Shown here piece by piece: positions 32,184-41,717 of a stretch of DNA of 60,293 nt (positions within the stretch are counted from its first letter, which is position 1; each line of letters opens with the position of its first letter). Source of the stretch: Acidimicrobiia bacterium. Lineage in GTDB: Bacteria; Actinomycetota; Acidimicrobiia; Spongiisociales; SHLN01. The stretch lies in contig JABDLU010000118.1 in assembly GCA_013002865.1 (NCBI GenBank), positions 1 through 60,293 on the forward strand, written 5' to 3'. The translations under genes were made by a program, and so were the position numbers. The notes under the pieces were generated by a model that was not told where the DNA came from, did no database searches, and worked only from the letters and a program-made list of their open reading frames with translations.

Positions 32184-32465
32184 CTATCGGGCCGTGATGT
32201 TCTCGAGCCAGTCGTCGAGCGAATCGACGAATTCCTGGATCTCGTTCTCGGAAACCATTTCCTCGCCGACGATGTACGAGACACCGATGGCCAGCAATAT
32301 GGCAACCACACGTTCGTTGGCGGGCCGGTACTGCTCGATTTCACAGAACGGGCAATTGAAGCTGTACTGGCCGGTGGCGTCCATTGGAGTCAGCTCCAAG
32401 ACGAGGTCCGTGGCAGCCAACTCCACATCTCCGCAGGCTGAGCATGTGGTCTTAATGGTGGTCAC
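32184..32465 (-). CDS. small CxxC...CxxC zinc-ribbon-like hypothetical protein
   Basis: 93 aa with CSAC and CPFC pairs, sitting in a locally lower-GC islet between pafC and the tat genes. Confidence 0.45.
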   Translation of the reverse strand: MTTIKTTCSACGDVELAATDLVLELTPMDATGQYSFNCPFCEIEQYRPANERVVAILLAIGVSYIVGEEMVSENEIQEFVDSLDDWLENITAR

Positions 32466-32552
32466 TGTAAGAATCCTGTTCGACGTTACGAATGGGATAT
32501 CGGAGCGGCTGTAGACCCCTTTGAGGGCTATTTACCTCATAGTCCCCAGGGG

Positions 32553-33476
32553 CTAGTCAGTGCGGTATCGCGCCTGGATGCGGGACCGAAACTCGGCCAG
32601 TCGTTCCGCCACTTCCGGGCCCTCGACCAGCTCAGCATCGGCACCGAGGCGTAACAGCAGCCGGGCGGCCACCGCGGGGTCGCTCGACGAGAACCGGATC
32701 AACCCATCGTCGTCGAGCACCTCGACCGGGTAGTACTCGGCGACCCAGTGGGCGGCGGGGCCCAGTCGGATGGTGGCCCGTACGTCTTCTTCTCCCGGGG
32801 TGTACCGCACCTCCGGTGGGGGGGGTGACTCGGGCGGGGTGAACGGCTCATCGGTCGTCTCGGCGGCACGAATCCGGTCAACCCGAAACACCCGTTCGGC
32901 GTCGACGTTCCGGCAGAACGCCGACAGGTACCAGTTGCCGTTTGCCGAGAAGACCGACCACGGCTCTACCGACCGGCGGGTGGTGCGTCCGCTGTTGAGG
33001 GCGGTGTACTCGATATCGACCACCGTCGCCGACGTCACCGCGTCGCGCAGTAGGTCGACGAACGGAGGCTCGCGCAAGTCCACGACCAGCCCGCCCTCGG
33101 CCTCAGGGGCGACCACCCGGGTCAGCTTGGCGATGGCCCGCTCCAGCGCCGGAGGCGCCTGCCCCGCCGAGCTCAGCGCCATGCCGGAGGCCAGCAACGC
33201 CAGCGCCTCGGCCGGGGTCAGCCGCAGCGGCCGGGAGAAATAGTCGGCGGTATCGACGAACACCTCGTCGTCTTCCACCGTCGCATCGATGAGATCTCCC
33301 GGGCCATAGCCGGGCAGACCGGTCAGGAACACGAGATTGAGGTCGGCGATCAGCTCGCTGCGCTTGTATCCGAAGCGGTCGCACAGATCATCGACGTTCA
33401 CCCCCTGGTGAGAGATGACGTAGGGCAACATCGACAAAATGCGGGTGAGCCGCCGGGCCGTCTTCGGTGAGCTCAT
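32553..33476 (-). CDS. pafC: WYL-domain transcriptional regulator PafC
   Basis: HTH N-terminus (RLTRILSMLPYV) and WYL-type domain (NGNWYLSAF). Second gene of the pair, 4-nt overlap with pafB. Confidence 0.8.
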   Translation of the reverse strand: MSSPKTARRLTRILSMLPYVISHQGVNVDDLCDRFGYKRSELIADLNLVFLTGLPGYGPGDLIDATVEDDEVFVDTADYFSRPLRLTPAEALALLASGMALSSAGQAPPALERAIAKLTRVVAPEAEGGLVVDLREPPFVDLLRDAVTSATVVDIEYTALNSGRTTRRSVEPWSVFSANGNWYLSAFCRNVDAERVFRVDRIRAAETTDEPFTPPESPPPPEVRYTPGEEDVRATIRLGPAAHWVAEYYPVEVLDDDGLIRFSSSDPAVAARLLLRLGADAELVEGPEVAERLAEFRSRIQARYRTD

Positions 33477-34393
33477 GCCGCGGCCACCTTGGCCAGCAGA
33501 CGCTCACGCAATTCAGGCGGCGAGACGATGAGGGCTTCGTCGACGAACCCGAGGATCCATCCGATGAAGGCGTCGGGGTGGGCGACCGGTATCCGAGCCG
33601 TGAGGGAACCGTCCGGCTGCTCGGTCACGGTGGCATTCGACCCGATCTCCCGCCGCGCCCACCAGGCGACGTTGGCGTCGAAGGTAACCTCCGCCATGAT
33701 GTCCTCGGAGCCGGCCTCCCACGGAGCGTCCGGGATGGACTTCTCAGCCTTGAAGCCTTTTGGTCGTGTGAAGGCGCCGGCCGGGTCCCGCACCGCCAGG
33801 TCGCTTATGCGGTCGACCCGGAACGCTCTGGCGTCATCGTCGGTGGTAGCACCCACCAGATACCAGTGACCGCGCCGATGCACCAATCCGTACGGTTTGA
33901 AGGTGCGTTTCTTGTCCCGGTAGTGGAACGTGATGATGCGGTGTTCGACCAGCGCCGTGAACAGATCTCCAAGGATTCCCAGCTCCTCACCCAGGTTGGC
34001 GGCGAGCGGCTCACCGCCAACGGCTCCTGCCACGCCTCCCAGCTTGAAGATGGCCTCCGGACCTGACGGCTGCCCGCCGAGCCGAACCGCCTGAGCGGCC
34101 AGCCACAAGGCGGCCCGTTCCTCGTCGGTCAACCCCGGGTCGGGCAGCTCATAGCCACCCTCCGGCACGACATAGCCGTATTCGACCTCGAAGGCATCGG
34201 TCGCCTGCATCTCGAGCGAAATCCCGAGCTGTCGCAGCAATTCCTTGTCGCGCTCGAACATCCGCCGAAATGCCTCATCTTCGTCCTGCTCGTAGCCCGC
34301 CACCGTGTAGCGGATCTCATCGGCAGACACCGGTCTTCCCACCGTCAAGAGGAAGGCCAGCAGGTTCAAGATGCGTTCGATGACTTTGCTCAC
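33473..34393 (-). CDS. pafB: WYL-domain transcriptional regulator PafB
   Basis: GTG at 34393 gives VSKVIERILNLLAFLL, like the mycobacterial PafB N-terminus. WYL-type domain (RGHWYLVGA). The listed ORF extends to 34450. Confidence 0.8.
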   Translation of the reverse strand: MSKVIERILNLLAFLLTVGRPVSADEIRYTVAGYEQDEDEAFRRMFERDKELLRQLGISLEMQATDAFEVEYGYVVPEGGYELPDPGLTDEERAALWLAAQAVRLGGQPSGPEAIFKLGGVAGAVGGEPLAANLGEELGILGDLFTALVEHRIITFHYRDKKRTFKPYGLVHRRGHWYLVGATTDDDARAFRVDRISDLAVRDPAGAFTRPKGFKAEKSIPDAPWEAGSEDIMAEVTFDANVAWWARREIGSNATVTEQPDGSLTARIPVAHPDAFIGWILGFVDEALIVSPPELRERLLAKVAAA

Positions 34394-34484
34394 CCGGGGA
34401 TTATGGACCCGGTGAGCGTCTGAGAGATGGACCGTTTGCATCGGGCACACATATCAGGAGCGTCCCGGCAATGGAAGGGATCCG

Positions 34485-37400
34485 TCAGGCGGTGGCGGCT
34501 TCCGTCTCATTCGCCGGTAACCCGTCGGCCAGGAGCCCTTCGAGCAGGACCCACCCGTTGGTCGTTATCCACTCCCGGGCTGCTTCAGCGGCCACCCGAG
34601 CCTCCGGGACGTCGAGCCCGACCATTTTGGCGAAGGTCGCCTGAAGCATCGTGAGTTCCAGCTGCGTGGCCGCCTCCTGCCACAGGTCGATGGCCTGCTC
34701 GAACAGGCGCACCGCCTCTGGTGTATCCCCCGTCAATGAAGCGAATGCGGCGTCCGCCATCACCCGCAAGCCCTTGATGCGCCGGCCCCGCCCCGGGTTC
34801 TCGGCCAGCCGTCGAATCCCTTCGGCCACCTTGTCGGGATCACCCAGCCAGGCAGCCGAATGGATTGTGGCGTGCAGCCGGTACGGGAAGGGTGGGTCGA
34901 ACTCTGCGACAAGCGAGCGCTCGTAGGCGGTCTCGTAGTCGCCCGACCACACTGACATCCAGGCTTTCAGACCGGTGCTAATGCCGATCACCTGAGGATC
35001 CGTTGAATCGTCCCAGAAGCTCAGGTGGCCCTCAGCCTCGGTGAGCGCGGCGCCGTCCCCGCGGAAGAAGTCGATAACGGCCCGCCAGAATCCCAGCCAG
35101 GCGCGAAACGTGTCGTTCAGCTCCTCCGGGTCGACGCCGTCGATCGCGTTGGCCGCCCCGTCGAGGTCACCGCCGTTGAGCTTGGCGACTGCGTTGTCGC
35201 CGGCGCCGCTGTACACCCGGGCAGAGTCACCCACCCGACGGGCGTGCTCATAGAGACGCCCCTCGGTGGCGGCCGATGCGTTGGCATCGTCGGGTTGTTG
35301 TACGACTGCCAGATTGTTCATCGCCCGCGTCAAAGCGTGCGGAAGGTCATAGTTGTCTGCCAGGGCAATCGCCCCCTCCAGGAGCGCCACCGCTTCCCGG
35401 GGTCGCCCGCTGCCGCCAAGCGCGGTGCCGCGGGTCGTCAATGTGTCCACGACGGCGGCCATCAGCTCCAATTGCTCGGCGGGAAGCAGCGTCCGCTCGG
35501 CCATATCGATTGCCTCGTGCATCTGGGCCGTCAGCATGTACCCACGCGCCAATTCGGCGCCGAACGCGACCTCGTCGGCGTTTTCGATGCTCGAGACTCG
35601 TTCGAACACCGGCTCGAGAACGACGACAGCCTCATCGGATCGCGAGTGATCGTTCAGGATCCGTCCCAGCAGCGTGGCCGCCCGGACGATCCCGGGCTCG
35701 TTCTCCGTGCTCTCAAAGAACTCGAGGGCTCGGTTGCCGAACCCGAGCGCCTCCTCCTCGTCCAGAAAGGCCAGGTTGGCGGAATAACCCGCCCGCAACC
35801 ACAGCTCGGCCTGCTGTCCGGCCTCCTCGGTGATCTCGAGCGCCTGCTTGCAGAGAGCGAGTGCCTGGGCATGGGATTGGAGGTCGGCGGCACGGGCGGC
35901 TGCCTCCCGAAGTGACTCGCGGGCCCGCTCGGCCAGCTCCTCGGCCGCACTGCCGGGAGCCGATACCCGGTAGGCGTCCACGTAGTGGCTGGCGACGATG
36001 CCGGCAACCTCGGGGTCGTCGAAGTCGTCGTAGTACTGGGCCACTTTGATATGCCGATCTCGGCGCTCGTCCTTGGTGAGCCGGCTGTAGGCGACCTCCC
36101 GGATCAGGCCCTGGACGAACTTGTACTGGCCCCGCTCGGGCGACTTGGGGTCGGCCTCCACCTCGAGCAGCTCACGCTGAACCAGACCCCGCAGCAGTCC
36201 CTCCAGGTCGGACGGCTCCTCATCGCGCAACACCGACAAGCCCTCGATGGTGAATGTCTGGCCGAGCACCGCACCGTCCTGGGCGAGCGCACGATCCTCG
36301 GCGCTGAGCCGGTCGAGCCGCGCTCCGATGACGGCTTGCAGCGATTCCGGAACGGCGAGGTCGGCTACGTCGCCGTGCAAGGTGAAGGCGTCGCCGTCAC
36401 GGACCAGATCACCGCCCGCCAGCAGCATGCGTACGAACTCGACCGCATAGAGCGGCATACCGGCGGCCCGGGAAGCGATCAGGCCAGCGGCGTCATCCGG
36501 TATGCCGGGCGCCAGCCCCGACACCAGCTCTCGCATGGAATGCTCCGGTAGCGGCGGGAGGTGCATCGACAGGAGGCTCTGGCGGCCCGATCCCCATCCC
36601 GGTCGCGCCTGGAGCAGGTCGGGCCGGGCGAGCGTCAGAATGAAAATGGGATGGCTCCGGGATCGATCGACGAGCTCTTCGATGAAGTCCAGCAGCCCCG
36701 GGTCGGCCCAGTGCAAGTCCTCGAACACGAGCACCGTCGTGCTCCGGTCGGCGATGCGCTGGAAGAACGTTCGCATCGCCGCAAACAGCTCCGTACGGTC
36801 CCCGGCCGGCATCTCGTCGAGCCCGAGCAAACCGGCCAGCCGGGGCTCGATCCATTTTTGCTCATCCGGCTCGGTGACGAACTCGGCGACCGAGGTTCGC
36901 AGCTTGATTCGGGACTTGTGGGGCTCCTCGCCCTCCGCAATGCCGGCCCGGCGGCGCACCATCTCGCCGAGCGCCCAGAACGTCACCCCGTCGCCGTACG
37001 AGGGCGACCGGCCCTGATGCCAGTAGAACGTCTCGGCCAACCCGTCGATGTAGCGGAGCAATTCGGCGGCCAGCCGGCTCTTGCCGATGCCGCCCTCCCC
37101 GACGATGGATACCAGTCGGGCCCGGCCGTCCCGACCGGTGGCGTGCAGCTGATCTTTGAGGAGGCGAAGCTCGTCTTCCCGACCGACAAAGGGCGCTTCC
37201 AGCCCGGCCGTCTTACCGCGACCACCTCGCTCAGAGATCACCCGTTCGGCCCGATAGGCGGGGACCGGGGCGGTCTTGCCCTTGAGGTCCTGCTCACCGA
37301 GGGGCTCGCAGGCGATGGCGTTCTCGACGATGCGGAAGGTCGACTCTCCGATCGCGACCGTCCCCGGGGCGGCGATCGATTGCAGGCGGGACGCGGTGTT

Positions 37401-37991
37401 GACGAGATCGCCGACGACAAGGCCCTTCTCGTTGCCGCCGGGGCCGACCGATGCTTCACCGGTCAATACTCCCGCCCGCAGCGCCAGGTCGGGAACGCCG
37501 ATTTCGTCGCCCAGCTCGTCGATCATGTCGACCAGCTCGAGGGCGGCCCGGACGGCCCGCTCGGCATCGTCCTCGTGGGCGGCGACGGCACCCCACACCG
37601 CCATCACCGCATCCCCGATGAACTTGTCGACCGATCCGGCGAACCGTTCGAGGATCTGGCTGGCACGATCGAAATACACCGTGAGCATCGCCCGGACCTC
37701 TTCGGGGTCGCGCGACTCCGAATAGGGCGTAAACCCGACCAGATCGGCGAATAGCACGGTGACGAGGCGCCGCTCCGCCTTGGCCGGCGCCGCCGGGGAC
37801 GGCTCGGGCGCCGCCGGGTCCGGAGCCGGCGTGGCCGGCGCATCGGCCACTGCGGCGCCGCACTCCGAGCAGAACTTGGCACCGGCGACGACTGGATGAC
37901 CGTTCGGACAGGATTGCTGCAGACGAGTGCCACATTCGCTACAGAACTTGGCCGACGGGTCGTTTTCGAAGCCGCAGGACGCGCAGTTAAT
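34485..37991 (-). CDS. double zinc ribbon / class III adenylate-guanylate cyclase / AAA(STAND) ATPase / TPR signalling protein
   Basis: Cyclase core ([23 protein letters not shown]), P-loop ([11 protein letters not shown]) and a TPR-like C-terminal half. An intact 4x CxxC zinc ribbon is encoded in frame upstream of GTG 37850. The only start candidate there is ATT at 37991. Confidence 0.85.
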   Translation of the reverse strand: MNCASCGFENDPSAKFCSECGTRLQQSCPNGHPVVAGAKFCSECGAAVADAPATPAPDPAAPEPSPAAPAKAERRLVTVLFADLVGFTPYSESRDPEEVRAMLTVYFDRASQILERFAGSVDKFIGDAVMAVWGAVAAHEDDAERAVRAALELVDMIDELGDEIGVPDLALRAGVLTGEASVGPGGNEKGLVVGDLVNTASRLQSIAAPGTVAIGESTFRIVENAIACEPLGEQDLKGKTAPVPAYRAERVISERGGRGKTAGLEAPFVGREDELRLLKDQLHATGRDGRARLVSIVGEGGIGKSRLAAELLRYIDGLAETFYWHQGRSPSYGDGVTFWALGEMVRRRAGIAEGEEPHKSRIKLRTSVAEFVTEPDEQKWIEPRLAGLLGLDEMPAGDRTELFAAMRTFFQRIADRSTTVLVFEDLHWADPGLLDFIEELVDRSRSHPIFILTLARPDLLQARPGWGSGRQSLLSMHLPPLPEHSMRELVSGLAPGIPDDAAGLIASRAAGMPLYAVEFVRMLLAGGDLVRDGDAFTLHGDVADLAVPESLQAVIGARLDRLSAEDRALAQDGAVLGQTFTIEGLSVLRDEEPSDLEGLLRGLVQRELLEVEADPKSPERGQYKFVQGLIREVAYSRLTKDERRDRHIKVAQYYDDFDDPEVAGIVASHYVDAYRVSAPGSAAEELAERARESLREAAARAADLQSHAQALALCKQALEITEEAGQQAELWLRAGYSANLAFLDEEEALGFGNRALEFFESTENEPGIVRAATLLGRILNDHSRSDEAVVVLEPVFERVSSIENADEVAFGAELARGYMLTAQMHEAIDMAERTLLPAEQLELMAAVVDTLTTRGTALGGSGRPREAVALLEGAIALADNYDLPHALTRAMNNLAVVQQPDDANASAATEGRLYEHARRVGDSARVYSGAGDNAVAKLNGGDLDGAANAIDGVDPEELNDTFRAWLGFWRAVIDFFRGDGAALTEAEGHLSFWDDSTDPQVIGISTGLKAWMSVWSGDYETAYERSLVAEFDPPFPYRLHATIHSAAWLGDPDKVAEGIRRLAENPGRGRRIKGLRVMADAAFASLTGDTPEAVRLFEQAIDLWQEAATQLELTMLQATFAKMVGLDVPEARVAAEAAREWITTNGWVLLEGLLADGLPANETEAATA

Positions 37992-38072
37992 GGTTCACCT
38001 CGGGTCGGATCCTACCGGCGGACCCCTCCCCGAGGCGGCCGATTCGCAGCGGGGGCGGCTACGCTGACCGGC

Positions 38073-39428
38073 ATGGACCGCCGCATCTTCGGACTGGAGA
38101 ACGAGTACGGCGTCACCTGTACGCTGCGCGGTCAGCGCCGCCTGTCGCCGGATGAAGTGGCTCGCTACCTGTTCCGCCGGGTCGTCAGCTGGGGCCGCTC
38201 GTCGAACGTGTTCCTGGAAAACGGCGCCCGCCTCTACCTCGATGTCGGCTCCCACCCCGAATACGCCACGCCGGAGTGCGACAGCCTGTACGACCTGGTC
38301 GCCCACGACAAGGCCGGTGAACGGGTGCTGGAGGGCCTGGTGCAATCCGCTGAGCGGCGCCTCGAGGAAGAGGGCATCCGTGGCGAGATCTACCTGTTCA
38401 AAAACAACACCGATTCGGCCGGCAACTCCTACGGATGCCACGAGAACTACCTGGTCGGGCGCCACAACGACTTCCAGCGCACCATCGACACGCTCATCCC
38501 CTTCTTCGTGTCTCGCCAGATCTTCTCCGGCGCAGGCAAACTGCTCCAGACCGCCCGGGGCACGGTGTATTGCATCGCCCAGCGGGCCGAGCACATCTGG
38601 GAAGGCGTGTCCTCGGCAACCACCCGCAGCCGGCCGATCATCAACACCCGGGACGAGCCCCACGCCGACGCCGAGCGCTTCCGCCGCCTCCACGTCATCG
38701 CCGGTGACTCCAACATGTCCGAGTACGCCAACTACGTAAAGGTCGGCACTGCGGCCGCTCTGCTGCAAATGCTGGAGGACGAGGTCGTGTTCCGGGACCT
38801 TTCGCTGGAGAACCCGATCCGGGCGATCCGGGAGATCAGCCACGACATCACCTGCAAGCGCAAAGTGCGACTCCTCAACGGCCGTGAGCTGTCGGCGCTC
38901 GACATCCAGTGGGAATACCTGGAGCGGGCCGTCCGGTACGGGCGCATGAGTGGATTCCCCGCCCAGGTGCAAAAAGCCGTCGAGATGTGGGAGCACCTGC
39001 TGACCGGGCTCGAAAAGGACCCCCTCAGCCTGAACAGCGAGGTCGATTGGGTGGCCAAATACCACATCGTCGACCGCTACCGCGCCAAACACCAGCTGCC
39101 GCTCGGTTCCGGACGCCTCGCCCTGCTCGACCTCGCCTACCACGACGTCAACCGCCAGCGCGGCCTGTATTACCTGCTGGAACGCAAGGGCCTAATGGAC
39201 CGTACTGTCACCGACGACGCCATCGTGGATGCCATCACCCATCCCCCCGCCACCACCCGTGCCCGCCTGCGGGGCGAATTCATCAAGGCCGCCAAGGCGA
39301 AGAAGCGGGATTTCACCGTCGACTGGGTCCACCTCAAACTCAACGACCAGGCCCAACGCACCGTCCTCTGCAAAGACCCCTTCAAAGCCGTCGACGAGCG
39401 CGTTGAGAGGCTGATAAGAAGTCTCTAG
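38073..39428 (+). CDS. pafA: Pup--protein ligase PafA
   Basis: [16 protein letters not shown]...[50 protein letters not shown] is close to the M. tuberculosis PafA sequence as recalled from memory (no alignment was run). ATG at 38073 is chosen over the spurious 37896 start. Confidence 0.95.
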   Translation: MDRRIFGLENEYGVTCTLRGQRRLSPDEVARYLFRRVVSWGRSSNVFLENGARLYLDVGSHPEYATPECDSLYDLVAHDKAGERVLEGLVQSAERRLEEEGIRGEIYLFKNNTDSAGNSYGCHENYLVGRHNDFQRTIDTLIPFFVSRQIFSGAGKLLQTARGTVYCIAQRAEHIWEGVSSATTRSRPIINTRDEPHADAERFRRLHVIAGDSNMSEYANYVKVGTAAALLQMLEDEVVFRDLSLENPIRAIREISHDITCKRKVRLLNGRELSALDIQWEYLERAVRYGRMSGFPAQVQKAVEMWEHLLTGLEKDPLSLNSEVDWVAKYHIVDRYRAKHQLPLGSGRLALLDLAYHDVNRQRGLYYLLERKGLMDRTVTDDAIVDAITHPPATTRARLRGEFIKAAKAKKRDFTVDWVHLKLNDQAQRTVLCKDPFKAVDERVERLIRSL

Positions 39429-39516
39429 TCGTTGGTCGTTAGATCAGTTGCCGGTTGCCAGTTGCAGGTTCCAAGCCAGACCGGGCATCGGGCATCGGGC
39501 ATTGGGCATCAGGATT
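39426..39516 (+). repeat. 13 phase-locked heptanucleotide units (TAGTCGT, TGGTCGT, TAGATCA, GTTGCCG, GTTGCCA, GTTGCAG, GTTCCAA, GCCAGAC, 3x CGGGCAT, TGGGCAT, CAGGATT)
   Basis: Read directly. Unbroken 7-nt periodicity over 91 nt, beginning with the pafA TAG stop codon. Confidence 0.85.
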
Positions 39517-39517
39517 A

Positions 39518-39548
39518 CCTCCCCCGCGAGCGCAGCGAGTGGGGGAGG
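39518..39548. terminator. GC-rich hairpin between convergent pafA and GNAT genes (possible bidirectional terminator, no T-tract)
   Basis: CCTCCCCC (39518-39525) pairs with GGGGGAGG (39541-39548) around a 15-nt loop. Confidence 0.35.
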
Positions 39549-39581
39549 CAAGGAGGGGGGTGAAAGCGCGTTCCTGTGCTC

Positions 39582-39616
39582 CTGCTAATGACTAGTGACT
39601 AGTGACTAACGACTAG
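39582..39616 (+). repeat. heptanucleotide array CTGCTAA-TGACTAG-TGACTAG-TGACTAA-CGACTAG
   Basis: Read directly. Lies 1 nt from the GNAT TGA stop (39618-39620). Carries stop codons in all frames on both strands. Confidence 0.85.
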
Positions 39617-39617
39617 C

Positions 39618-40034
39618 TCAATCCTCTTCCAGCCGTTTTCCGAGGCTGATGACGGCGTCGGGCGAGAAGCCGATGCGTTCGTAGAACGCGGCTGCCGCGG
39701 CGTTGTCGGCGCGGATCTGTATGTTGATCTTGGGGCAGCCCAGCTCACGAAGCCCGTCTTCGACAGATGCCATCAGCGCTGTGGCGATCCCGCGATGCTG
39801 GTGCTCGGGAGCGGTCGCCAGGTAGTTGACCCAGCCCCGGTGGCCGTCGTAACCGGCCATCGCCGACCCGACGATCTCGCCTTCGATCTCGGCGACCAGG
39901 AACAATTCCGCCTGTACGGCCTGCTTGCGGGCGATGTCCCTCACCGGGTCGTTCCAGGGTCGCACCAGTCCGCACGCCTCCCAGAGCTCGATGACGGCTC
40001 GCTGATCCGCCTGACGAAATGGGCGGACATCCAG
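39618..40034 (-). CDS. GNAT family acetyltransferase, YpeA-like
   Basis: DVRPFRQADQRAVIELWEACGLVRPWNDPVRDIARK runs parallel to the E. coli YpeA N-terminus. No in-frame ATG/GTG/TTG lies near the domain start. Candidates are CTG at 40034 or CTG at 40061 (CTGA overlap with the prcA stop). Confidence 0.75.
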   Translation of the reverse strand: MDVRPFRQADQRAVIELWEACGLVRPWNDPVRDIARKQAVQAELFLVAEIEGEIVGSAMAGYDGHRGWVNYLATAPEHQHRGIATALMASVEDGLRELGCPKINIQIRADNAAAAAFYERIGFSPDAVISLGKRLEED

Positions 40035-40057
40035 GCCGGCCGGGCCCGGTGGGGTGG

Positions 40058-40738
40058 TCAGCTGCGGGCCGACGTGATCTCGTCGGCGGAGAGACGCCGG
40101 AACATGCGGCGCCCGTTGGTGCGGTCGAGGACGGCGGCTTCCCACTCCTCGGGACCGATCTGGCGATCCTCCACTCGCTCGAAGGCCTCGGCCGCGAACC
40201 GCAGGGCGGCCGCACGGTCGAGCCCGCTCTCGAAGCGCTCCTTCATGCGGCTGGTCAGCTCGTCTTCCTGGCCGCCGATGGCGCAGAAGCCCTCCTCGTC
40301 CACGAGCGTTCCGTCGTAGCGAACCCGGAACATCACCGTGTCGTCGGGCGTATCCCCGACCTCTACGATCAAAATCTCGATCTCATAGGGCTTAACCGTC
40401 TCGGCAAACACGGCCGCCAACGTCTGTGAGTAGGCGTTGGCCAGGCTCTTGGCCGACACGTCAGAGCGTCCGTAGGAGTACCCCTTTAGGTCGGCATGGC
40501 GGATCCCGGCGACTCGCAGGGCTTCGAACTCGTTGTACTTCCCGACCCCGGCGAACGCCAGCCGGTCGTAGATCTCACCGATCTTGTTGAGCGCCTTGCT
40601 CGAGTTCTCGGCCAGCATCAGAACGCCGTCGGCGTATTCGACGGCGATGATCGACCGGCCCTTGGCGATGCCCTTCTGGGCAAACTCCGCCCGGTCTTTC
40701 ATCAGCTGTTCGGGTGGGACGTAGTACGGGAGGGTCAT
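40058..40738 (-). CDS. prcA: proteasome subunit alpha
   Basis: [30 protein letters not shown]-terminus. 20S alpha fold, directly downstream of prcB. Confidence 0.95.
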   Translation of the reverse strand: MTLPYYVPPEQLMKDRAEFAQKGIAKGRSIIAVEYADGVLMLAENSSKALNKIGEIYDRLAFAGVGKYNEFEALRVAGIRHADLKGYSYGRSDVSAKSLANAYSQTLAAVFAETVKPYEIEILIVEVGDTPDDTVMFRVRYDGTLVDEEGFCAIGGQEDELTSRMKERFESGLDRAAALRFAAEAFERVEDRQIGPEEWEAAVLDRTNGRRMFRRLSADEITSARS

Positions 40739-41532
40739 TGGTCATCTCCCATGACCTGGTTCGACACGGTGGCAACCCGGTCTTCGTCGACCTCGCGATA
40801 TCCCGCCCGGTCGACGATGACGGCCGAGGAGTAGATCCCCCGCCGCGGGTCGGGCCCGCCGGTGGCCGTGTCCTGCTCGGCTGCCGCCGCGATGGCGGCG
40901 ATCCCGTGCCGCAGTGCATCGTCCTCGCTCAGGTCATCCCGGAATACCGAGCGCAAATAGGCTTTGGCCTCCCGGCCGCCGGAGCCGGAGGCGGCGTAGT
41001 CGTCTTCCTCGTAGCGGCCGCCGACGACGTCATAGGTGTACAGCCGGCCCTCGCCCGCCTCTTCGTCGAATCCGCAGAACAGCGGAACGACCACCAGGCC
41101 CTGAAAGACCATGGGGAGCTGCTGACGAACCATGCGGGCCAGATGGTTGGCTTTGCCCTCCAGACTCAGGCGAGTGCCTTCCAGCTTCTCGTAGTGCTCC
41201 AGCTCGGTCTGGAACAGCTTGACCATCTCCATGGCCAAACCGGCGGTGCCGGCGATGGCGACGGCCGAGTAGCCGTCGGCCGGGTACACCTTCTGCATGC
41301 GCCGGTGGGCGATCGTGTGGCCCTCGGTGGCGCGCCGGTCTCCGACCATGACCACCCCGTCGGCATAGCGAAGCGCCAGGATCGTGGTGGCCTCGGGCGC
41401 CCGAACGAAACGCCCGTCTCCGGCACCAACGTCCCACGCCGGCTCGAGGTCGTGGCGCCGCAGCAGCTCGAAGAAGCTGGCGTCCTGGGCCTGGGATTGA
41501 GGGTTGAGCCCGGACGGGAGTTCGAGACTCAC
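40735..41532 (-). CDS. prcB: proteasome subunit beta (with propeptide)
   Basis: Propeptide followed by catalytic Thr in [29 protein letters not shown] overlap with the pup stop. Confidence 0.95.
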   Translation of the reverse strand: MSLELPSGLNPQSQAQDASFFELLRRHDLEPAWDVGAGDGRFVRAPEATTILALRYADGVVMVGDRRATEGHTIAHRRMQKVYPADGYSAVAIAGTAGLAMEMVKLFQTELEHYEKLEGTRLSLEGKANHLARMVRQQLPMVFQGLVVVPLFCGFDEEAGEGRLYTYDVVGGRYEEDDYAASGSGGREAKAYLRSVFRDDLSEDDALRHGIAAIAAAAEQDTATGGPDPRRGIYSSAVIVDRAGYREVDEDRVATVSNQVMGDDQ

Positions 41533-41717
41533 TCGCCGCCCTTCTGGACGTAATTCTTGACGAACTCCTCAGCGTTCTCTTCGAGCACCGAATCGATCTC
41601 ATCGAGGAGGTCGTCGATGCGCTCGGTCACTTCCTGACCGGCCTCAGTCGTTTCCTCGACGACTTCTTCAGTCTCCGATTCCCGCCGCTCGGTGCGTTTC
41701 TGCTCTCGATCACTCAT
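41529..41717 (-). CDS. pup: prokaryotic ubiquitin-like protein Pup (GGE C-terminus)
   Basis: 62 aa, acidic and disordered. [31 protein letters not shown] is the canonical Pup C-terminal half. Flanked by dop and prcB. Confidence 0.95.
   Translation of the reverse strand: MSDREQKRTERRESETEEVVEETTEAGQEVTERIDDLLDEIDSVLEENAEEFVKNYVQKGGE

Noticed and set aside
32553-32562. A single TGACTAG unit at the pafC stop codon, as a fourth heptad array.
   Set aside because: There is only one unit, in the opposite gene-relative orientation. This is compatible with chance.
28476-37991. The large helicase plus STAND NTPase as an antiphage defence island.
   Set aside because: The helicase is HelY in its conserved helY-tatC-tat-pafC-pafB context. 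The STAND protein has a cyclase/TPR regulator architecture common in actinobacteria. No nuclease, TIR, SIR2 or other effector genes are present.
37896-38072. The longer pafA ORF starting at 37896.
   Set aside because: It overlaps the zinc-ribbon coding region of the divergent gene. The conserved PafA N-terminus begins at ATG 38073.
39426-39616. The heptamer arrays as a CRISPR array or an engineered stop cassette (the ACTAGT sites suggested this).
   Set aside because: There is no repeat-spacer organisation and the units are only 7 nt. The arrays are degenerate, occur at three native gene ends and are related in both orientations, so a natural tandem-repeat origin is more likely than a cloning scar.
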